Assembly (NCBI GenBank): GCA_951800155.1
Contig: CATOJL010000005.1
Location: 1 to 23,653, forward strand
Source: an uncultured Bacilli bacterium
Lineage (GTDB): Bacteria > Bacillota_I > Bacilli_A > RF39 > UBA660
Direction: 5' to 3'
DNA: 23,653 nt
Shown here: positions 22,937 through 23,653 of the stretch, piece by piece
Layout: each line of letters starts with the position of its first letter
How positions within the stretch are numbered: position 1 is the stretch's first letter
Translations under genes and position numbers: made by a program
The notes under the pieces: model-generated
What the model was told of the DNA's origin: nothing
Databases searched by the model: none
What the model saw: the letters and a program-made list of their open reading frames with translations, nothing else

Positions 22937-23653
22937 TTATTCATAAACAATTATCCCTGTGAGATAAAATTCATCCGCTCTAGTTCTAAAACGACAGTTA
23001 CATGTACTCGAACCTGAACAGAACGTATAAACATGAAAGTTCAATTTATTTCCTGATAAGGTGCAAGATGTTTCAGTATCTACATAATTGCTTAATGAAT
23101 CGCCAGAAGTCGAAGCATAAGTTCCAGAAGCCAGATTCATCTTAAACGATTCATCACCCTCCCTAAAATTTGCATCCCATCTAGTCGATGACGATGTAGC
23201 ATAATTACCACTTAAAACAAGATGACAACCAATTAATTTTGTAGGAGTAAAGGGAAGAGTAACTGAAAAATCAGCTGTTTTACCATTTCCTGCTTGGGTT
23301 AATCTCGTCCAAGTACCATAATTAAAAGTTTGCCCCGAAACAGTAGCTTTTTCTTTTTTCAATTCATACGTTTTTCCTTGCACCCCGGTTCCAGTAATCT
23401 TATTCCCATTCACATAAGCAGTCTTTCCTTTAGATATATCCGCAGCCGTTGCTGTTGCATCACTTGTATTTAAACAGGTTGGACATGTTGGGCAACAAGA
23501 AGAACAACTTGGACAAGAGGTTTCACCAGTTCCTGCTACTCCAGCTATACTTTGTCCTTTTAAAATCTTGCTTGCTGTGATTCCTAAAGATGATCTTAAT
23601 GTATTTGCACCTATTCTAGCTTCGGGTGCCCATGTATTTCCATCCGAATGATA
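22937..23653 (-). CDS. Tail-fibre-like / surface protein, C-terminal part (ORF open to the window edge)
   Basis: The track start at 23413 is a GTG inside a longer open frame. My hand translation upstream is ...YHSDGNTWAPEARIGANTLRSSLGITASKILKGQSIAGVAGTGETSCPSCSSCCPTCPTCLNTSDATATAADISKGKTAYVNGNKITGTG..., with no stop to position 23653. ILKG.. and GKTAYVNG.KITGT motifs recur in Firmicutes phage fibre-type proteins (recalled from memory). Confidence 0.6.
   Translation of the reverse strand, partial: YHSDGNTWAPEARIGANTLRSSLGITASKILKGQSIAGVAGTGETSCPSCSSCCPTCPTCLNTSDATATAADISKGKTAYVNGNKITGTGVQGKTYELKKEKATVSGQTFNYGTWTRLTQAGNGKTADFSVTLPFTPTKLIGCHLVLSGNYATSSSTRWDANFREGDESFKMNLASGTYASTSGDSLSNYVDTETSCTLSGNKLNFHVYTFCSGSSTCNCRFRTRADEFYLTGIIVYE

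Overview
AT-rich, Firmicutes-like chromosomal window; gene content resembles Erysipelotrichia/Clostridia, but the taxon cannot be proven from sequence alone. The backbone is housekeeping: an ftsY-ylxM operon (with a HerA/DUF87-type ATPase and a small XRE regulator where ffh usually sits), RNase J, an orphan histidine kinase, a SEDS (FtsW/RodA) protein, yceD-rpmF and a PrsW-type membrane protease. Accessory content has four parts. (i) A complete diversity-generating retroelement (DGR) lies on the minus strand: Avd (13996-13412), template repeat TR (13332-13251), a structured GC-enriched spacer, and a DGR-type reverse transcriptase (13034-12012). Its variable repeat VR (11752-11671) sits near the N-terminus of the very next gene. 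That gene encodes a protein with no signal peptide or TM segment whose C-terminal half is a MoxR/AAA_5-like ATPase. It is followed by a translationally coupled Walker-A-less AAA remnant and a DUF2201-type (peptidase-like + VWA) protein. This DGR-programmed sensor/ATPase/VWA operon is the most interesting thing in the window. (ii) An IS1182-family insertion sequence with 28-bp perfect terminal inverted repeats (15392-17079). (iii) A 543-aa prepilin-type protein with a lectin/FGE-like C-terminus. (iv) A tail-fibre-like gene running off the right edge, plus a truncated paralogous C-terminal cassette. No rRNA, tRNA or CRISPR array was seen. All domain calls come from motif recognition by eye, not from searches.
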